NCBI RefSeq assembly: GCF_009914755.1
Contig: NC_060929.1
Strand: one strand, 5' to 3'
DNA length: 64,000 bases
Origin: the human T2T-CHM13v2.0 reference genome, Homo sapiens
Numbering within the stretch: position 1 is the first letter of the stretch; the number at the start of each line of letters is the position of its first letter. A model generated the notes under the pieces. That model did no database searches. It saw only the letters and a program-made list of their open reading frames with translations, and was not told the origin of the DNA. The position numbers and the translations under genes were made by a program. This document shows positions 27,756 through 41,281 of the stretch, piece by piece.

Positions 27756-29041
27756 CTTTTTGAGATTACAGGCGAGTGCCACCATGCCAGTTATAGTTAC
27801 TGGCTGACGGTACTTTTTGTATATGGACTTGCAGGTTGCTATTTATTCTTTTTTGTAAAAAACATTCCTCCAGAAATTTTTAAAAGAAAAGATGCTCTTT
27901 GAGATATTCCTTGAATTTAAATAATGAATAGGACATGAGCAAAAGATGCCTACATTTCAACTTTTTCCAACTGTAAGAAGTGAAGAAGCACCATTCCCTT
28001 TGTAATGACCCATATTCCCCGCCACTTTCCCCATGCATCACTGGCTAGACCCCCAGGCAGCAAGCAATCGTGCTGTGCATTGAATGACTCCTCTACTCAG
28101 TGACCTGAGGCACCCTGGGAATTTCTGACCTGCTCTATTCATTTTATTAATCATCAAAACTTTGGCTATGAGACATGTTGCTATTGAAATAATTTTACCT
28201 GTGGGGTTCATTTGGCTTTAATCATTAACTTCAGCTTTCAATCTCCTCTCCTTTATCCCCATCAGAAAACTTCTCAAGCCTCTAGTCTGGCATGGAGATT
28301 AGCGTTGAGGCCTGTTGGTTCAATTAGCCTCTGTGCTTCATTATGATCCATGACATAATGACATGATGTGATTTGCCCCAGTGCACTCTGAAGTGACTTG
28401 CTGCTGTGGTTCCGCAAGGCAGAAAGAATTTTTGAGAGGCCCCATTCTTGTTGACATCACACTTTCTAAAACACCAGATTTCCCACTGATTTTGTAGAAA
28501 ATTAGTTTACATATGACTATCTCCACCAATAGGCACACATGTATGTGTACATACATATAGGCCTGCTGGCCTAAATTGAACATCTTAATTATTCTCTTAT
28601 TTTGTAGGAATCACTGAATACATTTTTGGTTCCACTTTTGTTTGACTCAAAAGTGCGCATGTGTGAGCGTATGTGTGGGGAAGATGAAGGAGGGCAGATG
28701 GAAAATGTGTTCTTTAAGATATTCCTGAAATAAATGCAACTATGTTTGTTGCTTTCCGTTTATTTTTATACACATGTGGCTATCTGACATTATGAATTTC
28801 TCTTCAGGAACTAGATACCTTCAACATTTCAGGTTAAAACCACAGAATTTGACCCTACAGTTTTTGTTTCTTTTGGTTAGATACAGAAGATGAAAGCAGA
28901 CTATGCTTTTGGCCCATTCGCCTTGACATCTCATATCCATCCAGTCATGACCTCTATTCAGATCTTGGAAGGGTGAGGGCTAACTTGGTCTCCAGAGGTA
29001 TGCCATAATTTATATAATTTTCCTTTGATCTGATTTGATGG

Positions 29042-29099
29042 TATTTTAGTCAGGGTTCTTCAGAGAAATAAAACCAATAGAAGATATATGTCTATGTAT

Positions 29100-29136
<37 letters not shown>

Positions 29137-29560
29137 AAATGAGATTTATTACAAGAAATTGGCTTATATGATTATGGAGGCTGAGAAGTCCCATGATTTG
29201 CCATCTGCAAGCTGGAGAACCAGGAAAGCCAGTGGTATAAATTCTAGTCCATGTCTAAAGGCCTGAGAACCAGGATTGCCAATGGTGTGAGTCCCAGTCC
29301 AAGGACGGAAGGCTGGTGTCTCAACTCAAGCAGTCAGGCAAAGAATGTAACCTTCCTTTGCCTGATTGTTCTATTCAGGCCCTCAACTGCTTGGATGAGG
29401 CCCACCCACATTGGAAAGGGCCATTCATTTTATTCAGTCCATTGATTTAAATGCTAATCTCTTCTAGAAACACCCTCACAGACACATTCAGGAATAAAGG
29501 TTAACCAGATATCTGGGCCTCCTGGCCCAGTCAAGTTGATACATAAAATTAACTATCACA
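29042..29560 (-). mobile_element. ERVL solo LTR (MLT2-type) with internal (CA)n(TA)n microsatellite
   Basis: Minus strand begins TGTGATAGTTAATTTTATGTATCAACTTGAC. TSD GATGG at 29037-29041 and 29561-29565. Microsatellite at about 29096-29136. Confidence 0.9.
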
Positions 29561-30309
29561 GATGGCATTGAGCTCACTAGACACCACTCAACATCCTGTC
29601 TGGACACCCAGCTCCAGACAGGATGCTGGGAAGGACTGATGTTGAGTGGTAGTTTTGCAGGATATCAGATCACTTTTCTTTAGTTAACTGCCTTTTTCCT
29701 GTACTACCACTTTAAATCCAGGAAGTTTTTCTCAGTTGCTCTCTTATCTTAATTGCATATTTTTCATAAGGGCTTATTGTTCAAACATAGCCCTAAGATC
29801 CTATAGATTTATTATTACTCTTCTTTTTGTCCTTATTTGTTATTTCTCATCTTAATCTTATAACTTAATTTTGATTCCTCTGTGAACTTGAATCATTGGG
29901 GAAAAAACAAACAAAAAAAAGCATACCTCAGTCCTTTTTGCATTGGTAAGATACTATTTCTAGCATTAAAAAATGCTGATAGACAAGCCACAGTTTTAAT
30001 CAATGAAATTATATGTAGACTCATTAAATGTCATATCTTTTTTGTAATTTAATATCTTGCTAATGTAGAATTTGCTTTTGGTCACTGGTAGGCTTCTTGT
30101 GGCCAGTTTCATGTCTTTTATTAATCAGGAAACTTGATGTCCTTTTGTTTAGCTACTGGACTTAATGGTGAGAATGAAGATGCATAAAATGTGTGGACCA
30201 GCCTATCCATAATCTGTCCAGATTTGGGGGTCAAAAAAGAATTTATATTGGGTGGAGTTGAGATGCAACTTTATTACTAAAATATAAACCAAATGCCAAA
30301 AGACATGCC

Positions 30310-30697
30310 TGATATGATTTGTCTGTGTCCCCACCCAAATCTCATCTTGAGTTGTAGTTCCCATAATCCCCACATGTCATGGGAGAAACCCAATGGGAAG
30401 TAATTGAATCATGGAGACAGTTACCCTCATGCTGTTCTTACGATAGTAAGTTCTCAGGAGATCTGATGGTTTTATAAAGGGCTTTTCCCTCTGCTCGGCA
30501 CTTCTCCTTCCTGCTGTCCTGTGAAGACAGGTCAGCAGAACAGACTGTGTCCTACTGTCCCCTTCACCTCGCCATGATTGTAACTTTCTTGAGACCTTCC
30601 TAGCCATGTAGAACTGTGAGTCAATTAAACCTCTTTTCTTTCTAAATTACCCAGTCTCAGGTATGTCCTTATGGCAGCATGAGAACAGACTAACACA
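30310..30697 (+). mobile_element. MaLR solo LTR (THE1C/D-like)
   Basis: TGATATGATTTGTCTGTGTCCCCACCCAAATC...CAGACTAACACA. TSD ATGCC at 30305-30309 and 30698-30702. Confidence 0.92.
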
Positions 30698-30929
30698 ATG
30701 CCCAAACAAAGTTCACTGTTGTCTAACGTCTCTGAAAAATACACTACTTAATTTTATATCAACTCAATTAAAACATTTCATGGAACTAAATATAATGCAT
30801 TAGAAATCAACAACAAGTAAATGTAGTTTACAAGAAAGTAACTAAGCTTGGAAAAGGGGAAAATCTGATGTTATTCCTAAGAACCGATCCATAGCTCTTG
30901 AGAAGCTGTCAGCACAATTTACAGGGTTT

Positions 30930-31170
30930 ACAGCAGAGTTTAAAGCAGTGTCTGGAGCCAGACAATCCAGGTTCAAATCCTGCCTCTGTCACTTATTCCA
31001 AGAACTTGAATAACTGACTCGAATAACTTCTCTTAGCCTCAGCATCACCATTGACAAAATAGGGCTAATGATCTCTCTTACCTCCTAGGGATGTATAGAT
31101 TAAATTAATACAGGTAAAGCACCTAGACAAATACCTAGTACAAGGTAGTATCTAATAAATGCTATTGACT
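30930..31170 (+). mobile_element. MIR SINE
   Basis: TCTGGAGCCAGACAATCCAGGTTCAAATCCTGCCTCTGTCACTTA...TAATAAATGCTATT. Confidence 0.7.
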
Positions 31171-32975
31171 ATTCTTGATTAAATAAAATTCCATGATTAA
31201 CACACATACTTGGCTTTAGTGTTAGTGGGAAAATCAATTATATGATTATTTTGATTTATAACAAATGTTCTCTGTGTGACAAAGTGGCAAAGCCAGTTGA
31301 TATTTATTAGATGCATTTTGTGTTGTAAGAGGCATAGCCATTTTGACTTCTATATTTAAAGACTTTACCAAAACAAGTTATAAAGTACTGCCATGAGAAG
31401 CCAAATGTAGAAGTGATACTAAGTCTATAACTTAAAACATTTTGTGCAGATGAAATCAATGGTACTATCTAGGAAAGGAACTTTGCAAATTCTCCTTAGT
31501 GGACAAATACCTCCCTCCGTTTGGCAGATAGTGAAAACAGGCTTTTACTTTTGGCTCCCAGAATTAGCTGATAGACTAAGACTAAGCTTAGTGCATCTCA
31601 AAAGGAAAGATTCTGTGGGGCAGCAGAGTGAGAGAATGACCAAGGAAATCGCCAGAAGCAATTTAGAAAGCTAAATTGGATAACCAGAGTAGTACTGACC
31701 AGAATCAAAGAAACATAATTACTGTGAACAAATTCATGCAATAATAGAGAGGACTTTTACCAAGAAGGTAATAAGGAGGAAGATGAGGAGAAAGTGCTCA
31801 GAGTGTAATTTGTCTCTAGCAAAAATTCAGGATAAATTTTGGAGCTCCGTTCAGGCTCTTTGTAGGTCACATGTGCTCTTTGACCTTGACCTGTGCAAAA
31901 GAAATGTTCCTTTAAAATTGTGTAACCAAGAATATGTACTTTAAAACAAATTGCCCACAAGAAATAATGATGAAGGAGCAGTGCCATTGAAGTTTTAACT
32001 AACCCAGGAGGCATGACAAGAGATTATAGCCTATCTTCATTAAAATACTGTGTACATTTGAATACATAGCATGAGGGAAGAGATTACTGCAAGGTAAAAT
32101 GATCAAAGACAACAGAACTGGAGAGTTACAAGATGACTGTAATAAACACAGAGATCAACCTCCTCAGGAACCCTGTAGCTCAACGGCTCTGACTTAGTCC
32201 TTTCCTTTCTTGGTAGAGAAATAGAATGTGTCTACTCCTTCAGGGGGCGGTCTTCTGGTGATAACTCTCAGCTAGGATCAGGGAGATAATATAACATAAG
32301 TAAATTCTGCAGTTCAGTGAACATAAGCCAGGCACAAACGTGATGCTCAAGACAAATGAGGTAGCTGAAGAACATTCACCTCATTATTAATGTAGCAGGA
32401 TCAAACTTCATCACCATAAACTCAGGCAGGCAAAAGTGTTAACTAGTGTTAATTTCATGGTCTATAACTCAACTTCTCTTTGCTCTTTATCTACCACCCT
32501 GCTAAATGACAGAAAACATCATGGTGCCAATTCAAGATATAATTTTAGTTTTTAGTTTTAGTCCTTCCAGGTATTTTCTTTTTCAGGCATACTGACAAAT
32601 TTAGCACTTTCTCTCCTTCTTTTTCTTTCCTATCCAAGAGGAGTTTATAGGAAGAGTTTCCAAGAGAAGCTCATCAGAAAAGACATAACTTTCCCAGTCA
32701 TTGGCCACTGTCCTCACTGGTTTTAACTGAGATGTACAGTCCCTGGTGGGGATTAGTAGCTGCCTTCTATTCTTACTGAAGTATGCTGACATGACACCAA
32801 GGCCAAAGTTGACAAGTTACACACACTTCGATTCTTCCTCACTCCAAATCTGACACCTCCTTGGGTCCACCTGCCTCCTCATAGACACATTCACACTCTC
32901 CTGAAAGAATAATAATTTTGGGCTTCTCTTCCTGCAGCATTCCTTGGTGACAATTCATCTTATCACACTTCTTAT

Positions 32976-33842
32976 TGATGGGGTTTAGGACATGCTATCC
33001 TCAAATATGGCACTTCAGCATTTGAGAAAAATAGCAGAAGCAGAAAGGTCATTCTCACCTTCCCCTCATCCCTTGTCCCCTGAAGCAGGTCATAAAATCT
33101 AGGGAGGATTTTCTGACCTCACCCTGAAGCAGAATGTAAGACCCTCAGGTTTCCATCATTCTCAGCAAACTATCGCAAGGACAAAAAACCAAACACCGCA
33201 TGTTCTCACTCATAGGTGGGAATTGAACAATGAGAACACATGTACACAGGGAGGGGAACATCACACTCCAGGGACTGTTGTGGGGTGGGGGGAGGGGGGA
33301 GGGATAGCATTAGGAGATATTCCTTATGCTAAATGACGAGTTAACAGGTGCAGCACACCAACATGGAACATGTATACATATGTAACAAACCTGCACATTG
33401 TGCACATGTACCCTAAATCTTAAAGTATAATAAAATAAAATAAAATAAAATAAAATAAAATAAAAAGACCCTCAGGTGAAAGGTACCCTCCTTATACCCC
33501 AATGAAAAGAATGTTCTTACCTCTGAAGACAAAGGGTCACAGAGAAGAATCTGAACCAACAAGCCCTGCTGAGTTTTCTCCAGTTTATTACCATTAGATC
33601 ATACCCCCTTTATCCAATCATATTTCTCCATGACTTTCTACTCTTTCTCAAACCTAAGCACAAAAATAAACAAGTTTATCTATTTCTTTGGGTCTTCATT
33701 TTCTTATGAAGGCTCTCACGTCATACAAAACACATATTAAATCAATTTGTATGTCTTTCTCTTGTTAATCTGTTCTTTGTTATAGGAGGCTCTACCCTGC
33801 ACCTAGAAGGGGTGAGGGAAATACATTCTTCCTCCCCTATCA
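32976..33842 (+). mobile_element. ERV1 solo LTR (MER34/MER39 group), interrupted by L1PA
   Basis: TGATGGGGTTTAGGACATGCTATCCTCAAATATGGCAC...TCTTCCTCCCCTATCA, with TG...CA termini. Confidence 0.7.
33151..33464 (+). mobile_element. 5'-truncated L1PA (L1PA3/4-like) 3' UTR with (TAAAA)n tail
   Basis: CCATCATTCTCAGCAAACTATCGCAAGGACAAAAAACCAAACACCGCATG, G-rich tract and AAATGACGAGTTAA. Perfect 13-bp TSD AAGACCCTCAGGT at 33138-33150 and 33465-33477. Confidence 0.95.
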
Positions 33843-33875
33843 ATACCCATATATTGGTATAAAAAAGTGCTTGTG

Positions 33876-34180
<305 letters not shown>

Positions 34181-34539
34181 AAAAGTTGCTTGTCCTCTCT
34201 TTCATGCCACTATACTTGGTAGTTATGTGAATGTACATTAATTTTACAAAGAAATAACTAGAAAGGATGTACTATTTCAAGCACATATTTGATGAACTTA
34301 CATAAACCAGGAATTTCCTGTTGTTATGGATGTATATATCTTATTGACCAATGCATAATATCCATATATCTCTACTTGCTAATGTATAGCATATATAAAT
34401 ACATGTAAAGTTTGCCATTTATTTTATTACATTTCCTTCTCCAAACTGCTATTTAACTTAAATTGATATATTATGATTTAGTCCACAACCACATTTTAGT
34501 ATAGAATTGATTTTTAGAAGTGCTTTTAAGTGGTCGTAT

Positions 34540-34785
34540 ATTGTGGTGGTTTAGAGATCATGTTGCTTAGCCACAGTCCTGGATGGAAACTCAGCTCCAC
34601 TGCCTACCAACAGAATCACTCAAGGTACGTTACTTCATTTCTCACGCTTCAGTCTCCTGAAGTAGAAAATTAGAAGAATAATAGTTTCTACCTTATAAGA
34701 CTGTTGTGGAGATTAAACAAGATAACACAAAGTGCTTGAAGTGATATAATACAAAGTAACTATTCAATAAAATTGTACTGTTAAT
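34540..34785 (+). mobile_element. MIR SINE
   Basis: CTCAGCTCCACTGCCTACC...GCTTCAGTCTCCTG...GTTGTGGAGATTAAACAAGATAA. Confidence 0.6.
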
Positions 34786-35180
34786 ATTATTTCAGGAAGC
34801 ACAAAAGACACCATCATGACTCCGGAAAAATATATTATACATTCCTTACGACTAAGTTCGATCTTGTCTGGATAACATCACCTGAGGCCTAAACTTCAGG
34901 GGACATCTTAAAGATGAATCCGGTTTTTGTTTTTGTTTTTGTTTTCTGATAAGGTCAAGGGGTGATGATTTTGTGTCACAGGATATAAACAAGAAGGGGA
35001 TCATCTTCTTGACTGTCCACAATCTTCTGTGTTTTCACCAGCATTTATATAAGTACAATATATAAAAGCTTTTGAAAGGACTCAAATGTTCAAGTGACTT
35101 ATCTCATGCTCAATGGCAGAGTTAGAAAGATATGATAACAATTGCTTATGTTTCTATACCGTTAAATTTTATAAAGCACA

Positions 35181-35641
35181 TGTACTAGGTTCCAAAAGGT
35201 GCCATAACACAGTACCACGAACTGGGTGTCTTAACAGAAGTTTTGTCTTTCACAGTGCTGGATGCCAAAGGTCCAAAAGCAAGCTGTCTGTGGTGTTGGT
35301 TTCTTCTGAGGGCTTTGAGGGAGAATCTGTTTCATGCCTCTCTCCTATCTTCCAGTGATGACTGACAATCATTTCTATTCTGTGGCTTGTGGATGCCCTC
35401 AATCCAATCTCTGTTACTATCTTCACATATGCTCCCCCTGCATCTCCATACATTCTCATGGCCATCTCCTTAGAAGAATACCAATGGGAAGGATTAGGGT
35501 CACTCTACTCTGGTATGGCCATATTTTAACTTAGCTAATTATATCCACAATAATCCTATTTCCAAATGAGGTCACATTCTGAGTGCTGGGAGCTAGGACT
35601 TCAGCAGATCCTTCCTGGGGGACTCAATTGAATCCATAACA
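35181..35641 (-). mobile_element. MaLR solo LTR (MLT1C-like)
   Basis: GCCATAACACAGTACCACGAACTGGG...GAGGGAGAATCTGTTTCATGCCTCTCTCC...GGTCACATTCTGAG. Near-TSD GCACA/GCACG. Confidence 0.82.
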
Positions 35642-36254
35642 GCACGTTAATAGCAATTCAGAGAGTAAGAATTATTGTCCCTGCTCTCTATATAAGGAAC
35701 CAAGGGCTTGAATAATGTAAGTGTCTTGTCCAATGTGACACAGCTATTTCCTAGATTAAGCTCAGATCTTATGACTCCAAGCTTAATGCCTTTTTGCAAT
35801 TGCACCAATATCACAATAATAGCTTCCATTTCTTGTTTGCCTACTATTTATCATGAACTTTATATATTGGTTAATAAGTTTTGGTTTGCAGAAACAAATA
35901 AAAATTACCTCATACTGGCTTAAGCTACAAAGATGATCACTGGCTATTATAACTGAAAATCAAGAGATGTGGTGGGCGTAAAAGTTGGAGATTTACTCTT
36001 TGTCTTATTATTATTATTTCTCATCATCTTTTTTCCTTTCTTTTCTCTTCTTTTCCATCTCCCAACAATGCAGTTCAAAAGTCAATGGGTGGAGTCTAGG
36101 CAAAGTAGGCATTTGTGCAGGGAGGGGAGCTGTGGATGCCAAGAGTAGAGAGCTGAAGCCTGAGCATCCTGAGAGGTGGTGGAATGACCTGGAGCGGGAT
36201 GTGGAACCAGGGAGGAGGGCATCCGTGCAGACGCACACACCACCGAGGGGATGC

Positions 36255-36720
36255 AATGATAAGAATACAGCATCACTTCTGTAATATTCCTGCCAAACAC
36301 GTATAAATGAATCTAATCATGAGTAAATACCAGACAAACTCAGATTGAGGGATATTCTGCAAAATAACTGGCACGTACTCTTCAAAAATGTCAAGAGCAT
36401 AGAAGTAATGACCAAGGGACTGTTCCAGATTAAAAGTGGCAGAGAAACATGAAAACTAGATGCAATGCATAATTCTGGACTGGATTATTTAGTTATAAAA
36501 GTCATAATTGGAACAACTGACAAAACTCGAATGTGATTTGAGAATCAGGTGAAAGTAATGAATTAATGTTAATATGCTAATTTTGATAGTTCTATTTTGG
36601 TTATTCAGGAGAATATCCTTGTTTGTAGGACATAAATTCTAAAGTATTAAGGAGTGATGGAGCATCACATTGACAACTTAAATTGGTTGAAAAATAAGAA
36701 GTTATTTGTACTGAATTTGC
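36255..36720 (+). mobile_element. L1MC-type 3' end
   Basis: AATCTAATCATGAG...CAAAATAACTGGC...TGCAATGCATAATTCTGGACTGG...GGAGAATATCCTTGTTTGTAGGA. Confidence 0.7.
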
Positions 36721-37214
36721 CAAAATCAAAAGTTAGGGTTTGATTTAGTGGCTCATTGGTGTCAATAGAGATCCAGTCCCTCTCGATCGACTGTGCGTTC
36801 CCGTATGTCAGCTTCTAGGGGTTTCCAGGGAAAGGCTTTTTTTTTTCCCCCCTAAGGCTGGCTCTCCTTCATAGTCATAAAATGGCTGCCAACAAAGAGA
36901 AGGGAGAGGAGGCTGGGGAGGGTTGGGGAAAGGGAGGGTTGGAGAATGAAAGCGTTGGGGGAATTGCTTCTAGAAGCTTTCTGGGAAAAATGAGAAAGGA
37001 AAAATAAGAAAGTTAGGAAACCTTTTTCTGGAAACCCCTAGAAAATGTCTTAAATCTCATTGGCCTAAATTGGGTCATGTTTGGCAAATGAGCTCATGTT
37101 CATCAGTATAAGCTTGACCTGCTTTGCTGCTTTTTCCAAAGCACATGAGCTTCACATGGGGGGAGATTTAAATAGCTGAATGAAAATGTGAGGTTAGGCA
37201 GGCAATTACAATAT

Positions 37215-37470
37215 CCACACTGAGGGTCAGTATATCATTGTGGTTAAGAGCTTCGGTTCTGGAGCTAGACTATCAAGGAAGAACCTTGGTTCTGTTCATT
37301 TCTAGCTATGTGATTTTGCACAATTTCTTTCATCTGTCTTTGCCCAGATTTGTCCACATATGAACTGAAGAAGAAAATTTTGTCTACCTCACAGAATTAT
37401 TGTGAGAATTCCATGAATTAGCAAATGGAAAGCACTCAGAATAGTGCCTGATGCATAATGAGTATTCAAA
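37215..37470 (+). mobile_element. MIR SINE
   Basis: GTGGTTAAGAGCTTCGGTTCTGGAGCTAGAC...TACCTCACAGAATTATTGTGAGAATT...AGAATAGTGCCTG. Confidence 0.7.
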
Positions 37471-37849
37471 AAACACTATCATCTCAGTTTATATTTACAC
37501 TCTCCCACTTTACAGAAATATTGAAAATTTATGCTTGCTATATACCACACTGTTCTAGACATTAAAAATGTAATAATATTCCAGACAGCCTGAATCTATC
37601 TAAGATGAATTTAAATAAGGAGCTTGTTTAGGATCAGAGAGCTAGCAACGGCCAACTACTGTTTAAGTACAGAAGGTCACGTTGCATAATGAAACCAGGC
37701 AGAATGATACAGAAATGATAAGACTTGAGATGACATTTTTCTCCAAATTTCACAACACAACATACATTTCTAAACTTTACGAATTTTTAAAATTGTGGTT
37801 GACAATAGTTTAAGGAACTACACTGGAAGGAGGGTTTGGTTTTGTCTTC

Positions 37850-38050
37850 AGCTAACATTTATTGAGCATTTACTTCATGCCACATACTACACATCAACTT
37901 GATTAAATTTCAGCAGGACCCTGGAGAGTCAGTGTTACTACTGTCACCATGCTACAGATGAAGAAACCCAGGCTGATAGAAATGGAGTGAATCTCCCAAG
38001 ATCACAGAGTAGTCATTAATGGAGCTACGATTCAAACCCACGTTAGTCTA
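37850..38050 (-). mobile_element. MIR SINE
   Basis: GCTAACATTTATTGAGCATTTAC...TACAGATGAAGAAACCCAGGCT...GATTCAAACCCA. Confidence 0.65.
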
Positions 38051-39867
38051 AATACAACTTTTTTCTCCCTCAGTTACTGTTGTGCCTTAAGCTGCAGCAA
38101 ATAGGTGATACCTAATTCATTAGCATTTATTGAACAGCTACTATTTGCCAGACACTATCTTAAATACTATGAGCGATGGAAAGCTGGACAACTCCAGCCT
38201 TCAAAGTAGTCTCCTGTTGGTCCAGATTATGAGATACACCTCATAGTCTTATTTAAAACTACTCATGTAGATTCAATCAGACTCGAGCATTCAATGCTTA
38301 AGAAAGTCTTCAAGGACTGACAGCAGGATCTAAGGGTAGTTTCAACTTATGTGGCAAATATAAGTTGAATGTTGATTTTTTACAATATAGCAAAATTCTG
38401 TATATGTATTTCAACTATACAATAGCAAGACAGGCAGTCATTCAAATAAAGGCAGCAGAAAAGCAAAATATACTTAATAGTAGAATTTTCTGGTTTGATC
38501 ACACCTCCCCAGAATGCTTACTGGCAGAGGAGCAAAATGATCTTTAGGGAATATATCAAGTGTTTATGCAATCCCTCTTCTCCCACCCTATAAGGCTCCT
38601 TTGGCTTTTCCACCACTCCTTCTTTTTCACTTTTTCCTTTCTGATGCTCTTATATACTCTTTCCTTCCTTTTCTTTCTCCCTGTCTTTCTGTACCTTTAA
38701 ATTTTTCTCTGCCTTTGCCTTTAGCCTGGTAGTGGCCCTCAAGGGCACTGTCTACCCTGCTGCTGACTTCTGGGGCTAAAGCATTTGCTAAACCTGTGTT
38801 CTGGGTGATAGGGCATCAAATTCAATCCCTCACTAGCTGAGTTATTAAGGATCCTATGGAATTTCTCACTATGGTGTTAACTGAGCCATCTGGCCCCTTG
38901 CCCTCAGAGCTGTTGCTTTGGCCTCCTGCAGACCCTTGTCTGCAGTTTCAATTGAAGAGCCATCTCTTACATCTTCAAAGACTCTTCCACTGATTTGCTA
39001 CAGGCAAGCCCATCCCTAGGCAAGATTTTTCCATTGGCTGCTGAACTTGAGAGTCTCTCTCCCCAACCACAGCCATTCTCTACAAGTTCCCAGAGATCTC
39101 AGGTTATTTCTGGCCACCAAAGCCCTCCAATTAAAGAAGTGTGTCCAAGTCTCATCTTCTGGGTGGCATCACATGCTCTGAACTTTTTCTTTTTTCTTGT
39201 TTCTATTCTCCTACTCAAACATGCTTGCCCTACATCCTATTCTCCTGTGACTGCTCTGTCTGTTAGGAGACAGCTAGCTGGGCTGAGAAACTAACCTGTG
39301 TTAAAGGGATAACACTTGCAAATGATCAGTAGTTTTCCTTACATCCCCCAGTCACCGAATCCTCAATTCTCTCCACAGAGTTTCATTTCTAAATCACAGC
39401 GAATACCTCTATTGAGCAATTGCCATGTGTCAAGCTCTTCTATAGGTGTTTTACATTGACTTATGTAATCTTCATAACAACCCTATAAGCTAATCACTGT
39501 TATTGCTATTAGTATCACCCCCAGTTAACAGATGAATAAATTGAGGCTGAAGAGGTTAAATCATTCACTCAAAGTAAATCCACAGAGCCAGGATTTGCTT
39601 CCAGGCATTTCTGCCACAGTGCCTCTGCCCTTCCCTCCATGCCTGCTCTCTGTCAATTCTGCCTCTTCTTTCTGGTGGGAATCTGGGATCCCTCTGCTTA
39701 AACACCTTAAATGCTAGATGATGCTTACACCAACTAGAAAGCAAAAAAATTCTTCATAACCAGAACCCCAACTAGCTTTCAAGATTTAGCCTCCATTTCT
39801 CCACTCCACATGCCAGTATTTGGCATGTACATTCCCTTGATATAATGTATATTCTTGTTAGTCTTTC

Positions 39868-40394
39868 TTAAGGAGTCTAGGAAATGCTACCTCAAAATAT
39901 GCTGCTTTGTAGACTGATTACTTCAAACTGAAGGCATTTGATAAAGCAGCAAATATAGGGAGAGGCTTTCTCTGGGCTTCCCTTATCTGCCTAAAGACAG
40001 ATAGTCCAAAAGAAACTCAACTATCATGAATCCCCTCCCTGGGAGTCTCATCAACCAGGGAAGATTAACTCGTATCCCAGGAGAGGAGGCTGGAAATCAA
40101 CACCACACTCAGACTTCATCACAGACTGTCGCCTGTTCTTTTAAGATCCCATTCATCTTTCCTGAAAATTATTTATTCTCCCCTAAGTTTTCTATAACCC
40201 CCTCCCCTATAAAGACAGTATATAAGCTAGTGAATCTCACTGTTTTGGGTATATTCGCTTTTCTTTTCTGTGATGTCCTGTGCACATTATAAATTTGTAT
40301 ACTTCTCCCATTGATCTGCCTGTTGTCGGTTTATATCATAGACTCAGTTATTGAACCCTCAGAGGGTAGCGAGGAAGTCGTCTCTCCCCTGAAC
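39868..40394 (+). mobile_element. ERV1 solo LTR (MER34-like)
   Basis: AAGGAGTCTAGGAAATGCTACCTCAAAATATGCTGCTTTG...TATATAAGCT...TCTCTCCCCTGAAC. Confidence 0.65.
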
Positions 40395-41012
40395 TTTCAT
40401 CATTATTACCACTCAATGAATGCATTTCCCACACTCTGTGACTGGAAAACCCTTGCTCATTCTTCAAAACTCGTCTCAAAATTCTTGTCCTCTTTGAAGA
40501 TGTCTCCAGACAGATAATTAAGTATTTATCCTTCTTTGCTCTCTCATACATACTTTGTGTATATGACAGTATGCAAACTAGCTTAGGAAAAAAAAAAAAA
40601 CAATGACCTTGGGTATTCTACAGCTCAAAATATGTAAATAGAGTTTCAGCTCCCTTGCTATCTCTCTTTTTATCTCTTTATCTTCATTTCTCAAAAAGGC
40701 TTTCTTCACATGGTGGACCTATGGTTATGGGCAGCCCAAGACTCACATCTTATTTGTTTAGCAATTCTAGTAAAAAGAAAGCTTTTTCTCCAATAGTGTT
40801 AACAGGAATGTCACAGAGAGGGCTTTAGTTGGCTTGCATGTCCAACCCTAAATCAGTCACTGTGACTAGGTAAAAGGATAAATTTAATATTGAACACCCT
40901 AGATTAGATGCCTAATCCTGTAGTAGGGGGAGGGGTACTAGGTGAGGGGGTGATAGTCAATCTTCACCAAACAAATGAATAGTTACCCCCCCAGGAATAG
41001 GGATAACCTTTA

Positions 41013-41249
<237 letters not shown>

Positions 41250-41281
41250 TTACACTCCTTCTCTGGCTCACATTCATACCA

